Shown here: piece by piece, positions 52,475 through 64,000 of the stretch
Numbering within the stretch: the stretch's first letter is position 1
Layout: every line of letters starts with the position of its first letter
NCBI RefSeq assembly: GCF_036321535.1
Contig: NC_087472.1
Location: forward strand, 96,660,001-96,724,000
Direction: 5' to 3'
Length of the DNA stretch: 64,000 nt
DNA from: Camelus dromedarius
Lineage: Eukaryota
Position numbers and translations under genes: made by a program
The notes under the pieces: generated by a model
Told to the model about the DNA's origin: nothing
The model's input: the letters and a program-made list of their open reading frames with translations, nothing else
The model's database searches: none

Positions 52475-52950
52475 CCAGACACAGTTGGTGCCGTGCTCAT
52501 AATCCCCTTGGCCATACCAATGCAGGACACGAAGGCCCAACTTCTAACTGTCAGCATTGGCCTCAATTAGGCGGAGAGCTTTCTTACGAAAACAAGAGCC
52601 CACATGCAGGGAAAGTGCCCCAGAATTAATACCTCCCCTCCTGAGCTACCCTTAACCAATGACTAATGGGTGCTGGTGTATAAATATCTTAACTCCCTTG
52701 CCCGCTGCGGGATAACTTGAATTGCATGTTCTACACTGGTTAGGGCGTTCCCAGGAGGAATTAAGTTTCAGTTACCCACAGGGATAACCTGCTTGTTAAC
52801 ATACACTGTTTTGGCTGCCTGCTCTTTCCTGTTTCATTTCTCTACCCCACTGATGAGATCCTGGTGCTTCCTGGGATCACCTCCCAAATAAGCTACTCGT
52901 ACTCAAATCCTTATCTCAGAGTTTGCTTCTGGGAGATCCTAAACTAAGAC
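52475..52950 (+). mobile_element. ERVL solo LTR (LTR16-like)
   Basis: Ends CCTCCCAAATAAGCTACTCGTACTCAAATCCTTATCTCAGAGTTTGCTTCTGGGAGATCCTAAACTAAGAC. Confidence 0.75.
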
Positions 52951-54247
52951 TTCATTAAAAGAAGCCTTTAAGAAAGTACTTTTTCCCTCTTCAATTGATA
53001 TAGAATTTGGCTACTTATTTGCCTCTTTAAATGACTCATTCTTGGATAATCAGAGGAGGGAACCTACAGTTATATATGGTGACAGAGAAAATTACACCAT
53101 TTATTCAACCTTGGTGGTAATAGGGTTAAGTTCCATATTCAGTGCTTATACGGATGAGTTAGAGGAAATCTATTTCATGATGACAGACTGAGCCCTATAC
53201 CAGGCCATCTGTCTGGTAAATGTATAGCTTTGATTATAAAATAAATGGGCTAAATTATGTTATTGGGTCAGCACCCACTCATTTCTACTTCTGAAAAAAG
53301 CCCAGTGTGTTTGCCTAACAGTGCGTCACCAGTGTCATTTCATGTACTAAAGGAGTATTTTTCATTCCAAATACGACTGTGTGAAAACAGACTATCAACA
53401 GATCCTCTTCAGTCTGATTATCTCTTTTTAAGAAAAAAGGCTCAACTTGTAAATAAGATAGGCTAGGTAAGACTTGGTAATGGAAAGAAAAAAGGAATAT
53501 AATTGGTGCAGTCATATTCTGTCCATGTTGTTCCAGATCATAATACAGTCTATTTTGCTACAACATACTTTTCTATAATGTGAACTGGCTCATATATTAT
53601 TGGTAAAGAAGGGAATAATGTCACTGTAATTTATATGCAATTTATCCTCGGCAAGGGGAGCCAGAATAGCAAGAGAAGAATTACAACCTTCAGCAGAAAA
53701 GGAAAAAGTCTTGCTCTGTGCAGCATGGGCAACAGGGGCCCTTTTGGCTACATTTATGAAAACAAGAATTAACACCAGCACCTAGGACTCTCTCCCCAGA
53801 GAGGCCCCCCACAGCCAACAAGCACAATCTTACTGCCCTCCACCCTACTCCTTGCTTTGGGTGGTACATGGTTCTTGGCAGGTCACATTGCCTCTCATGC
53901 CCACTTAAAAGGCCATCACATTGGCCCAGGTCTCCACTTCCATCTGCACTGCCTCGGTGCCCACTACCTGCTCTAATTAAAGAGTGGCCAGTATTTCCAC
54001 TCTATTGTACCTTTTTTTTTTTAATATTTTCTGGGGCAGACTGCCTAGTGATACAAGTTATCTCCCCAGGTACCAACTGTCCTTTTTGTTAGTGCTCTGT
54101 TTACAAAGTTGCATAAGTTTTGAGCAATCTGCCCCAACCTCATTTTTCCCAAATGCTGTTATTATCTTTTGTGAGCTATTTGGCAGAATGTGACCATTTC
54201 CAGAAGTGCCCCTAGTATTGCAAACCCCAGTGAAGGATCAACTTTTC

Positions 54248-54477
54248 CTAACTTCAGAAACAATTCGTAGCTGGTGCTGACGCATCTCTTCTGTTTTTGG
54301 TCTTTGTAACAGATACTTCATTTCTTTTTTAAGACGGTTTGAGATTATTCCAGTCTCTGCATAATCAACTATGTCATACATTATCATTGTCCTGGGAATG
54401 CTTTCGAGGTTTAACCTTCGCCAATAGTTATTTCTGCCACCAGAAGATGCAGGGGTCTCATCCAGAAGACTGGAATA
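54248..54477 (-). CDS. CXorf58: CXorf58 orthologue, internal coding exon (230 nt; donor reads GA)
   Basis: TTTTCCATATAG| phase 0; YSSLLDETPASSGGRNNYWRRLNLESIPRTMIMYDIVDYAETGIISNRLKKEMKYLLQRPKTEEMRQHQLRIVSEV(R). The 3' boundary is inferred from the phase of the next exon. Confidence 0.88.
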
Positions 54478-55225
54478 CTATATGGAAAAAATAACTAAGC
54501 ATGATTAGCTGTAGTGCTTTAGAATGTTTGTAGACACATTTCCCAAGGTTCCACTCAAATGTTACTTCGTCCAAACAGCATTCCTTGATCCCATCTCTGA
54601 ACTTTACTGGAATTCCTCTTCTGTGACTCTTATTTCTGACTACTTGATGTTTTAGCTCTCTGTGTATCTCTCAGCTCCCCTACTGGAAGGGAGGATCCTT
54701 CTCATACAGTATCATGTACATAATGTCACACTCACTAAATATATATCTAATGCATAAACATTACTATTTATTTAATGTATAATCTTATTTATTTAATGCA
54801 TAAACATTAAACCTTTAAGGTAAATATAACTTAGATAAACTAAACTCAGGATGAGCCTAAAAACTGAAAATAGCTATGTGATCTACGTATCTGCCAATGT
54901 TTGTTTGTGACATGCTTGCATTGAGAAGACAGTTGCACAAACCTTTTTAGAAATAATTAGCTCATCTCTGGCGCTAAGTGGCGAATTTCACTATTTTCAT
55001 TTCAAGTATTTGTAGAAATCGCACTTTTCTCTTTTTAAAATTTAAAATATCAAATTAGGAATTAAAAAGGTAAATACATGTAATCAATCAACCTTATCAA
55101 TGTTCACTTAAGAGATAGAAATAGGGCAGGAGGAGCTACAATGCTAGGAAATGGAATAATAGCTACGCATTTAGGATATTACCCACCCCTCCATACACAC
55201 ACACTCTCTTGCACCTAAACAAATA

Positions 55226-56595
55226 CAGGCAGTCCTCCTTTTGTATCATTTAGGTATGCACGAATTTCAATTACCACCATTTAGTCAAATGAACTCTGTC
55301 CTTCAACACCATGGTTCAAATTTCAGTTATCACAGTATTACTGAGTAATTGCATAAAGTACAAACTCTGCTGCTAGCTTTTCAGTCCATTGATTAGTACA
55401 TAAATAACAGATATGCACGGTGGTAAATGACAAATCAGTTCACTTCTTTCAGAGTGTGTCAGTGACTGGTCACTGTGGATCTGCTATTTAGTTCACACAC
55501 AGACAGCAAAGTATGTAACTGTGTTGCCTCTTCGTCTCCCAGTGATAAACCCATGTGACATTTTATAGATAAAGATAATCAAAGGGGAGAAAAGTCCAAC
55601 AAAGAAACAAAGTGGTAAGACTGGAAATGAAATTCACAGACTGTTAATTGGAGTTCTAGAAGAAACAGGTGACCATGGGGATGTTGACACTATCATCATT
55701 CAAGAGACTGCAGGTAGGCTGCTAGAGGAACTTGGTGAAAGTGAATCTAGCAACATAAATGAGGAAAATGGCTGTGATGAAAAGGATGAAGTTTTCTCAG
55801 AGGAAGTAATGCTGGCAAAAAAGACACTTCATATTAAAGAAGCTCTGAGATATTCCACAACATTAATTTATTAAAAAAAATTAGAACATTTATTTTATCT
55901 TAGTACAATTAATTCAATTTAATTTATTTTAGGGGGAGGCAATTAGATTTATTTATTTATTCTTAGAGGAGGTACTGGGGATTAAACCCATGACTTCATA
56001 CATGCTGAGCATGCACTCTTACCACTGAGCTATACCTATCCCCCAAGATATTCCACAACACTTAAAGTGCAAAGGACAAAATGTTGGTAGGTGATCCAAG
56101 GTTAGAAAGAAGTATGGCAATTTGCCAGGGCATAGAGAAGATGTTCACTCCTTATTGCTAGTTATATGAGAAGAACAAGAGGGCAAGCGCGGTTTAAATT
56201 ACTCTTGATAAACTGGGTTTTAGGTTTTTATTTTTAAACAGATTTATTGAGATTCACATCTCAATAAAATGCAGAGTATAAAATTTAATAGTTTTTAGTA
56301 TGATTGATAAGCTTTTTACAAAGAAGTTAATAAGCTTTTTACAGAGAAGTAAAACATTTTAATTCTCAATGTTTCTATTTTAAATTATAGTGTACTAAAT
56401 ACATGTTTTGCTTTTTTCCATTTTCCTATATATTTATAACAGACAGTAAGAGTTTTTAATGTTCTGACAAGATTTTTGAAAGGCAGGAAACAATCACAAT
56501 TTTTCCCATTGATGACTGAGTTTGCTCTGCATGGTTTACAGCTTGTGTGGTCATTTTTATGGCCCTGAACTACTGTGCAAAGTGAGGACTGCTCG
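55226..56595. mobile_element. Tigger-family (Tc1/mariner) non-autonomous element
   Basis: Terminal inverted repeats CAGGCAGTCCTC / GAGGACTGCTCG, each flanked by TA. Confidence 0.8.
55863..56045 (-). mobile_element. Camelid-type SINE nested in the Tigger element
   Basis: 15-bp TSD AGATATTCCACAACA at 55848-55862 and 56046-56060; tRNA-like head. Confidence 0.9.
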
Positions 56596-56609
56596 TATAT
56601 TTTATTTCC

Positions 56610-56850
56610 AGAGAGTGGAGTGGTAAAATGGGTAAACATCTCAGAACTGTCAATGATCGGCTCTGTATTTATTGGCTATATATGACCTTGGGCAAGTTTT
56701 TAAAAATCTCATTAAACTCCATTTTTCTAATCTGTTAAAGGGTCACATAATTTACAAACTTGAAGATTAAAGCAGATAATATGCATATAAAGAACTAAAA
56801 ACAATGCTGTGTCTGTCCATAAAGGGCTCAATGAATGTCAGCAATCATTA
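56610..56850 (+). mobile_element. MIR SINE
   Basis: TGACCTTGGGCAAG core. Confidence 0.55.
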
Positions 56851-57789
56851 TATCTCTCTCTTCCAATTCGTCAATCTGGTGACTTCTTTCTATGACACCA
56901 ATGCTTGGCAGAGTCACAGTCTGCAAGTATGAGACCCATGTCCTTAGCAAATATAGTTGACATCCCCAAACTCTACTTATTTCCTGGTTCACTTCCCTAT
57001 TCTTCCAGGTTTAGGCTCTCAAAGAAAGAAAACAGAATTGGGAATCTCTAAAGCACTGCATTTAATTTCATGTTTCACAAGGAAGCAACTGAGTGAACAG
57101 TTAAGGCCATATATTATCATTACTATGAGCTAGAATTTTGGGATCACTTGTTTCTTTAGAACTTCTAAAATAAAACAGGGTAATAATAGTACCTACTTCT
57201 TAGGGTTGTCATGATAATAAAGGGAGTTGGCATTACACAGCATTTGCTATTATTATTATTCAGGTATCTAGTTTAAGTTCCCTGAGTCAGCACTGCTGTC
57301 CGACCTGTTACGCAAACCAGAAACCTAGGAGCCATGTTGGACAACTTCTTTCGGCTTACCTCCCTGTCTTCAAGGCCCACTGCTTTTATTCTCTAATTAT
57401 CTCTTGCATCTCCAGCCAGCCCTAAACCAAGATACCACCATCTCTCCTAAAATCTGTAGGAACCTCTCAACTAGGAGAATGCTTCTGCTGTCTCTAATCT
57501 GTTCTCTACATTGCAGCCAGGCGGATCTCTTCACTTATTAGATTATATCACCTCATTTCCTGAAACACTGCACCAGCTTCTCACTGGGCACAGAATTAAG
57601 GCAAAAAACAAACACCTTACTATGGTTGAAAGCCCTGCATGATGATCTCCTACCAGCCCTCCAGCCTGACTGCATACCACACCGTCTGTGCTCTCTCTTC
57701 TCCAGGTCCACAAATTTGCTTTCAGGATGTGCAGCTCCTCCTGCCACAGAGTCCTGGGGTGCACCACCTGCTGAGCCCCAGACTGAGGC

Positions 57790-58330
57790 TGTGATATATT
57801 GTTGATTGCCTGCCTATCAACCATTTCTCACTTTTCTCTTACGGAGCCCTGATTTTTTTTTTTTCAGGTATGGAACTGACATATGATCCAGGAAGGAGGC
57901 CCCCAGCTCATGAACCATGAACGTTCTAAGTCAGTTGTGGAAAATGATCTCCTTTCCCATTATCACTGATTGGTTTATGGGGAGCATGTGATCCACTTCT
58001 GACCAATGGTACCTGTGGGGAAGTCTGTTGAGGGCTTCTGGGAAAGTTTTCTTCCTGAGATAAGCAAAAAGATGCTAGGAATCCCCTTCTTCCTGCCTTT
58101 TAATGTAGTTGAGAATGTGATACTCATCTTGTTACTGTGTGAAGGAAGCCACGAGAACTGTAGAGAAGCTGACCCAGGACCCTGATGTCCTTGAGCTGTG
58201 GCATTAGCTAGCCCAGGACACACCTGTCCAGGGACTTCTTATATGGAACAACAAATGTCCTTTATTGTTTAAGCCTCTTGTGAATTGGGATATTCCATTA
58301 CTTGTAGCAGAAAGCATCCAAACAATAATA
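57790..58330 (+). mobile_element. MaLR LTR (MLT1G/H-like) within L2 sequence
   Basis: GCATGTGATCCACTTCTGACCAATG...CATTACTTGTAGCAGAAAGCATCC. Confidence 0.6.
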
Positions 58331-58399
58331 GAACCCTTCCTCACTAGGTCAAATTCCCGTCATGCACTCTTAGCACCATGTATTTATTTTTTTCTGATG

Positions 58400-58840
58400 T
58401 TTTTAATTGAGATAAAATTCACATAATATAAAGTTTACCATTTTAACCATTTCAAAGTGTAAAATTCAGTGGTTTTTAGTAAATTCAAAGTATATATCAC
58501 TACTAATTCCAAAACACTGCCATCACCCCAAGAAGAAACCCTACATTCCTTAGCTATCACTCCCCAGACACAAAAAGCCACATATTATATGATTCCATTA
58601 ATATGAAATATCCAGAATAGGCCAATTCCGAAAGACAGTAGATTAGTGGTTGATAGAGGCTGGAGTGATGGAGGAATGGGAGGTAACTGCTTAATGGATG
58701 TAAGGTTCCCTTTTGGGTGACAAAAAGGTTCTAAAACTAGATGGTAGTGATGTTTGCACAACACTGGGAATGTACTTAGCTCCGCTGAATTGTACACTTT
58801 AAAATGGGTAAATTTTATATTGTGTGTATTTTACCACAGT
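58400..58840. mobile_element. Two L1M 3'-end fragments in opposite orientation
   Basis: 58400-58566 is antisense and 58567-58840 sense L1 3'UTR sequence. Confidence 0.75.
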
Positions 58841-58930
58841 AAGATAATGGATGATTCTTTATTCTTAGAGGATAGGATCAGATGGCTTATTTTGTTGTTT
58901 GTTTTCAGTATATAAATCTAAATTCCTTAC

Positions 58931-59062
58931 TTGCACGTAGTCTTTCAGAGTGACAATATCTATTTTTTTAGTTATTTTGAACTTCTGGAAAAGATGTTCA
59001 TCTTCCATAATTTGATGATAAAATTTCTTTTCCCCCATCATTTTGCAAGCATCAACCACCGC
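58931..59062 (-). CDS. CXorf58: CXorf58 orthologue, internal coding exon (132 nt); upstream exons lie outside the window
   Basis: CTTTATAG|GCG ... CAA|GTAAGG, phase 0/0; AVVDACKMMGEKKFYHQIMEDEHLFQKFKITKKIDIVTLKDYVQ. Confidence 0.88.
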
Positions 59063-59450
59063 CTATAAAGAGAATAGAAAATACTTTTAAAATAGTAGTA
59101 TAACAGTAATAACTATCAGCACACACTTTACATTTTTTTTGTGACAAATACATCAAATACTGTTCCTTTCTTCTAGCAGTTTGCTATTCAATAAAAAGAC
59201 TGTATTTACAAAGAAAATATTTTATAGGATTTTTAAACCACTTAAAATTTGTTTCCATAACCATATCCACATAGTTTTAAAATGCAGCTAGAGGAGTAGT
59301 TGAATCTATAATCCTCAGAGGACCATAGTTTTTAAAAAAAAATCTGTTTTTCCCTCTTTGAAAAACATTATTTTCCTTAAAAAAAACAAACAAACCTATA
59401 ACGTCATTCATGCTGTCAATGCAGAGAAAACTTATCTGTTTATTAAGCAG

Positions 59451-59464
59451 GTTGCCCTAGGAAC
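59451..59464. promoter_or_regulatory. Candidate RFX X-box
   Basis: GTTGCCCTAGGAAC fits the GTTGCC-NN-RGNAAC pattern. Confidence 0.35.
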
Positions 59465-61399
59465 CGCACTGAAAGGTGGTACTGGGGCCAGCTCTCTTTT
59501 ATGTGGTAGTTAATACATCGCCCCCAAACGGAAACATGTCTGTTTCAGAGTGCTTAGACCTCCCTCTCCTTCAAGCTTCATGCTCAGTAGCAAAAGAGCA
59601 GCAAAGGGTTTTTTCTTTTCTCTCCGAAATGTCAACATTTTGTACTCAAGAAAAGCACCAGAGAGGGCAGAGACAGAAGAATCACAGAAAATACGGAGTC
59701 TCAAATCGTGTCTGGCCCTATTTGCACCATACCCTTCCACATGTATCTACCCTTGTGCGAAGAGCTATACACAGACTGTGAGTACAGACTTAAGAGCTCC
59801 CCATCCTCCTCCCCACCCCACATCAGTACGTGCTGACTTTTCTAATACATATTTATATTATATGTTTGTGCTTTTGGCCACAAAGGGTATGCTCATGTGA
59901 AGGGAGACCTGGCATAAATGAAAATTCAAGTATTGTTTGATTCCAGATCAGTTTCTCTTTTTCTTTGTATCTTAGAATGTGATACTGTGAAAGTATGGGA
60001 ACTCGGTGTTATAATGCTGATATAAGGCCACAGAACAGCAGTTGAGACAGGATTAAAAATCGGAATCTCTATTTTTTCCTTAATACACAGTACAACAGCA
60101 AGCCTTAATGTATTTTCTACTCCGATCCTCACTTTTGTTATCCAGAGTATTTCTTACTTATTTCTTTATTTAAATTCCAAAACTTAGAACTCAGACACAT
60201 ATGGAAAAATGAAAGAAAATATTCAAATGGTTGTAGTTTTATTCCTAATGTGCTAAATTGAAGGGACAGAAACAGTTTCCTAAGAATGTGATGGAACCTT
60301 TCTTTAGGCAGATTATTTTTGTTTTCCATTTCATTAGTTTCTCTATACATGATGCATCTATGGAAAGGGCAGTATTGGCACATATCCATTATGCGTTCTT
60401 GCAATTAATTTCCTGTGGGTTCAAATTAACCATCCCTACAGTGACATTAAAGGTAAAAGCAAATAGTTATACACTGAAAGTTCTGAAAACTATATAATTT
60501 CTGTCTTGAGAATTTCTTTAGATATAACTATATTTTATTTTAGCTCAAGTTACTTAGAAAAGGTATTTCTTGCCAGTTCCTCCCTACTCTACTCCACTCA
60601 GCCATCGGCACCATTCTCTCCAAGTCCCAGTTTCCTTATTTGTACAGTGTCTCAGCTGTGTGGCTCAGCTGTGTCAGGCCCACCCCAGTCTCTCGGCCAA
60701 AAAAACCCCATGCCTGGCAGCACAGGGCAGGCTCGTTGCCCACTTGTGACAGGGGTTTGAAAGAGAGTTTGTCCTCCAATGACCAAGATGTTCTTTATCA
60801 GACATCGGCCGTGTATGGTCAAATTTAGGAAAGTCCTTCTGGATAGGAAGGGATAGGAATGAAGAGCCCAGCACCAGGAGAAAGGGAAGGTGAAACTAGG
60901 CAAGGATTCCAGGAGAGCAGTCAATCAGACAAGGATTCCAGAGGCAGGTTCCATTCCTAGTGGGTGACTCAAAGGGTCAGAAGGGGGCATCTCTAAATTT
61001 GACACCTTCCTTGATACCTGGCATCACTGTGGCCCAGAAGCCCCCACAGCCCTGCAGCTACTTACTGGCATATATCTATACTTGGGCTTGTCAAGTTACT
61101 CTAATATCTCAAGTCACTTCCCTGCCTGGCTGGAAATTCTCACTCACAAAGGTAGTAATAGCTGGGATCCCCACACAGGAAGGTTTCTTGGTTCGGTACA
61201 ATTCAATCAGTCTCAGAATTAATAAAACCACCATAACTGCTAGTGTTCTTTCAACCTTGAAGGGTGCACAGTACAGTGGAAAGATGGAGAAGGGTTCAAG
61301 TCTCAGTTCTGGACTTGACAAGTCTCTCCAAGTTCCAGGTTCCCCTTTAGGCAAAATGGGATAACATGTACCTCATCCGAGTTATCAGGGGCCATACAA

Positions 61400-61625
61400 G
61401 AGAACATGCTTAGCGGGGTTCCTGACTCTGGAGTCAGGCTCACTGGGTCTTGGTGTCAGTTCCTTCACTTTGTAGTTGTGAGACCCTAAGCAAGACACTT
61501 AGTCTTTCAAAAATGAAGACAATAACAGAATCTACATTCTAGAGTTTATGAGAATTAAATGATAATGCACACAAAATGTTTAACATCATACTTGATAGTG
61601 CTCAATAAGGGCAGCTATTATTAAT
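61400..61625 (+). mobile_element. MIR SINE
   Basis: CTCTGGAGTCAG...GAGAATTAAATGATAATGCAC...GTGCTCAATAA. Confidence 0.6.
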
Positions 61626-61777
61626 GATAATATATTTTTTGTTTTTTACATAAATGCCCAATCCTCAAAAAGAACAAGGATTTTCAATTTAAAATAATCG
61701 TTGCTGGATGTTAATGCTTAAGAATTGTCATTTACCCAGAGGTGTCCAGGCCACAGTGGGTTTGAGCACCTTTAGGA

Positions 61778-61928
61778 CAGTGTTTGTCAAATCATATTGT
61801 GCCTAGGATCACCTGGGGGTCTTGTTAAAATTCAGGTGCTGATTTGGTCGGTCTGAGAGCCTGCATTTCTAATAAGCTCCAGGGGAAGCCAGTGCTGTGG
61901 GTCTGCAGACTACACTTTGAGCAGCAAG
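61778..61928. mobile_element. MER5A-like hAT MITE
   Basis: GGATCACCTGGGGGTCTTGTTAAAA...CTGCATTTCTAATAAGCTCC...CACTTTGAG. Confidence 0.7.
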
Positions 61929-62029
61929 CTTTAAAATATTCTAAATATAGTTGGTAGACTAACTATAGTGACAACCCTCTGTAAATAAGCATTGCTCTGA
62001 AAATAGACCATTGAAGTAGGTAATTGAAA

Positions 62030-62300
62030 GGAGATCTCTTTTTTATACACATGGCTATCCAACTGTTCTAGCACCATTTGAACTGCTTTGCACCTTTGAT
62101 GAAAATCAATTGATCTTCTATGCGTGTGTCTATTTCTGAATTGTCTTTTCTATCCCATTGATTTACGTATCTATCTTTTTGCCGTCACTTCACTGCTGGG
62201 ATTACTGTAACTTTTAAAGTCTTGAAATCAGGTAGTGTAAATCGTCTAATTTTGTTCTTCTTCTCCAAAGTTGTTTTAGGCTATTCTACATCCTTTCCCT
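62030..62300 (-). mobile_element. L1 ORF2 fragment
   Basis: CCAACTGTTCTAGCACCATTTG...GTCTTGAAATCAGGTAGTG, antisense L1. Confidence 0.7.
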
Positions 62301-62317
62301 TGTTTTTGCTTTTTGTT

Positions 62318-62337
62318 TGTGTGTGTGTGTGTGTGTG
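62318..62337. repeat. (TG)10 microsatellite
   Basis: Read directly. Confidence 0.9.
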
Positions 62338-63664
62338 AATATATAAGAAATGCTATTGGAAAGCAGTAAGGAAATGAAACCAGAAATGGAAATAAGAACG
62401 AGGGGAAAGATGGAGCAACTAAAAAAGAATTGCTGAAACTCTTCTCCTTCATAAATGAACTTGATTAAATACCTGATTGGTCTAAAACTGACTTATTTCT
62501 TTCATATTAAGAAATAAATAAACTTAGGAAAGTTATATCAGTTTGCTAAAGACACAATGTCTACATTCAAAGAGCAGAGGAGTTGAGTGAGCTTACAGTG
62601 AGAAAATTTCCACTTCTACAGGTTTTATATTAACCATGAATCCAAGTTTTGCCAGAGTTTGTTTTGAAGCTGAAATAAAGGGAAAAGGAACCCTAAACTA
62701 TTTTCTCCAAGTTGGGTATGTTCTGATTATTGCAAACCCCTTATAATGTTTAGTGAAAAACTCAAGCTGAATAGTATAATCACATTTTAAAAATAACAAA
62801 ATTAAAAAAATATATATTTGTGTGTTTTCATGGAAAAAATGAAGTTTACACAGCAAATTATCAACAGTGATTACACCATGTGAGTGAAAGTTACAGCACA
62901 GAGAAGAAAGGCATAAAGGCATATATGCCTTTAAAAAAAACTCTGTGCTATTTCCTTTTTTCAACAGTTACTTTGTAGTTAAAATAACATTTAAGCTATC
63001 ATACAGCACTTTAATGCATTTTGATATACACACAGTACTTTCCAGTCACTGTCTCTAAGGTTTTTATTTGCTCCAGCCTGGGGATAGCAGGGGCCGCCAG
63101 GAACAGTCTCTGGGAAACTTCAGTTCTTAAAAAAGTTCTATTGTATAATCTCAGAGAGGCAACAATTGATGACATTTTATAGGGACAACTATAAGCTTAT
63201 TTTCTAGATAAATCTGGCATGAATTTATCTCTTGAATATAGAATAAATACCTACGTTCACATTTGAAGTCTTTCTATATAAATAAATATTAATGCTTCTG
63301 AAACACCATATTTCACATGAAACCACTAGTTCTTTTGATACATTTCTGAAACTGAGTTAAATTTTTTCTGATATTTCCTGAGAAGAGAGAGAAAAGCAGT
63401 TTCTTTTCCTTCTCTAATATTCGTCAGAGAATAAATGCTGCACATGCTGGATCTGATCAGAAACTGCCAGGCTGTGTGGTCTTCTATCCTGAACATGTGT
63501 CATTATTGATGATTTCATATGGGTCATACTTTTAATGTAAAATATTTCCAGAAAGCTACAGGAAAATAATCTTTGAGGTATGGTTTATAAAAGGCTAAAT
63601 ATGAGAATGTACATTATCTTTTACTCTATTAGAGTCATGTGTAAGGGTCACAGGAGTAAAACTT

Positions 63665-63810
63665 ATGCTGCAGATCCTCGCTATTAAAATTGTGGTCAAT
63701 GGATTAGCAGCAGTGGCAGCACCTGGGAGCTGGCTGGAAATGCAGAATCTCAGGCCCCATCCCAGATCTACTGAATCAGAAATTGCATTTTAACAAGATC
63801 CTCAGGTGAG
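63665..63810. mobile_element. MER5A-like hAT MITE
   Basis: GAAATGCAGAATCTCAGGCCCCATCCCAGATCTACTGAATCAGAAA. Confidence 0.75.
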
Positions 63811-64000
63811 TGCTATGTCGTAGACATAATTATGAAGAATTACATGAAACTTAAAAGTATGAGAACTCACAAAAAAGGATTAGTATTTTAAAAGTTCATT
63901 TTCAATACTGTAGCACAGTTTTTCTAAATATGCTATCAGAATCCAAGAAATAATGATAAAATGCCATTAAAACAAAATTGCATCAAATGTTCAGAATTAA

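Noticed and set aside
60960..61364. 134-aa plus-strand ORF
   Set aside because: GTG start, no recognisable domain, and its end runs into MIR-like sequence.

Overview
Mammalian genomic DNA, AT-rich and repeat-dense. It is most likely camelid, judging by four tRNA-derived SINEs of the Vic-1 type. Gene order matches the Xp22 KLHL15-CXorf58 interval. The + strand carries the last intron, terminal Kelch-propeller exon (14468-15577) and ~4.2 kb 3'UTR of KLHL15. The - strand carries the last four coding exons of a CXorf58 orthologue (59062 to 51199); one of them ends at a GA rather than GT donor. The main unexpected signal lies in the non-repeat islands between the two genes (about 19.9-45 kb). These hold minus-strand splice signals and heavily decayed reading frames that read, in order, as RUN, SH3-like, SH3-like, three C2-like segments and a second RUN. 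I interpret this as the relic of an unannotated multi-exon gene (unitary pseudogene). These domain calls were made by eye against remembered consensus motifs and need HMM/synteny confirmation. The rest is L1, L2, MIR, MaLR/ERVL LTRs and DNA transposon fossils. Repeat boundaries and subfamily names are approximate unless target-site duplications (TSDs) or terminal inverted repeats are quoted.
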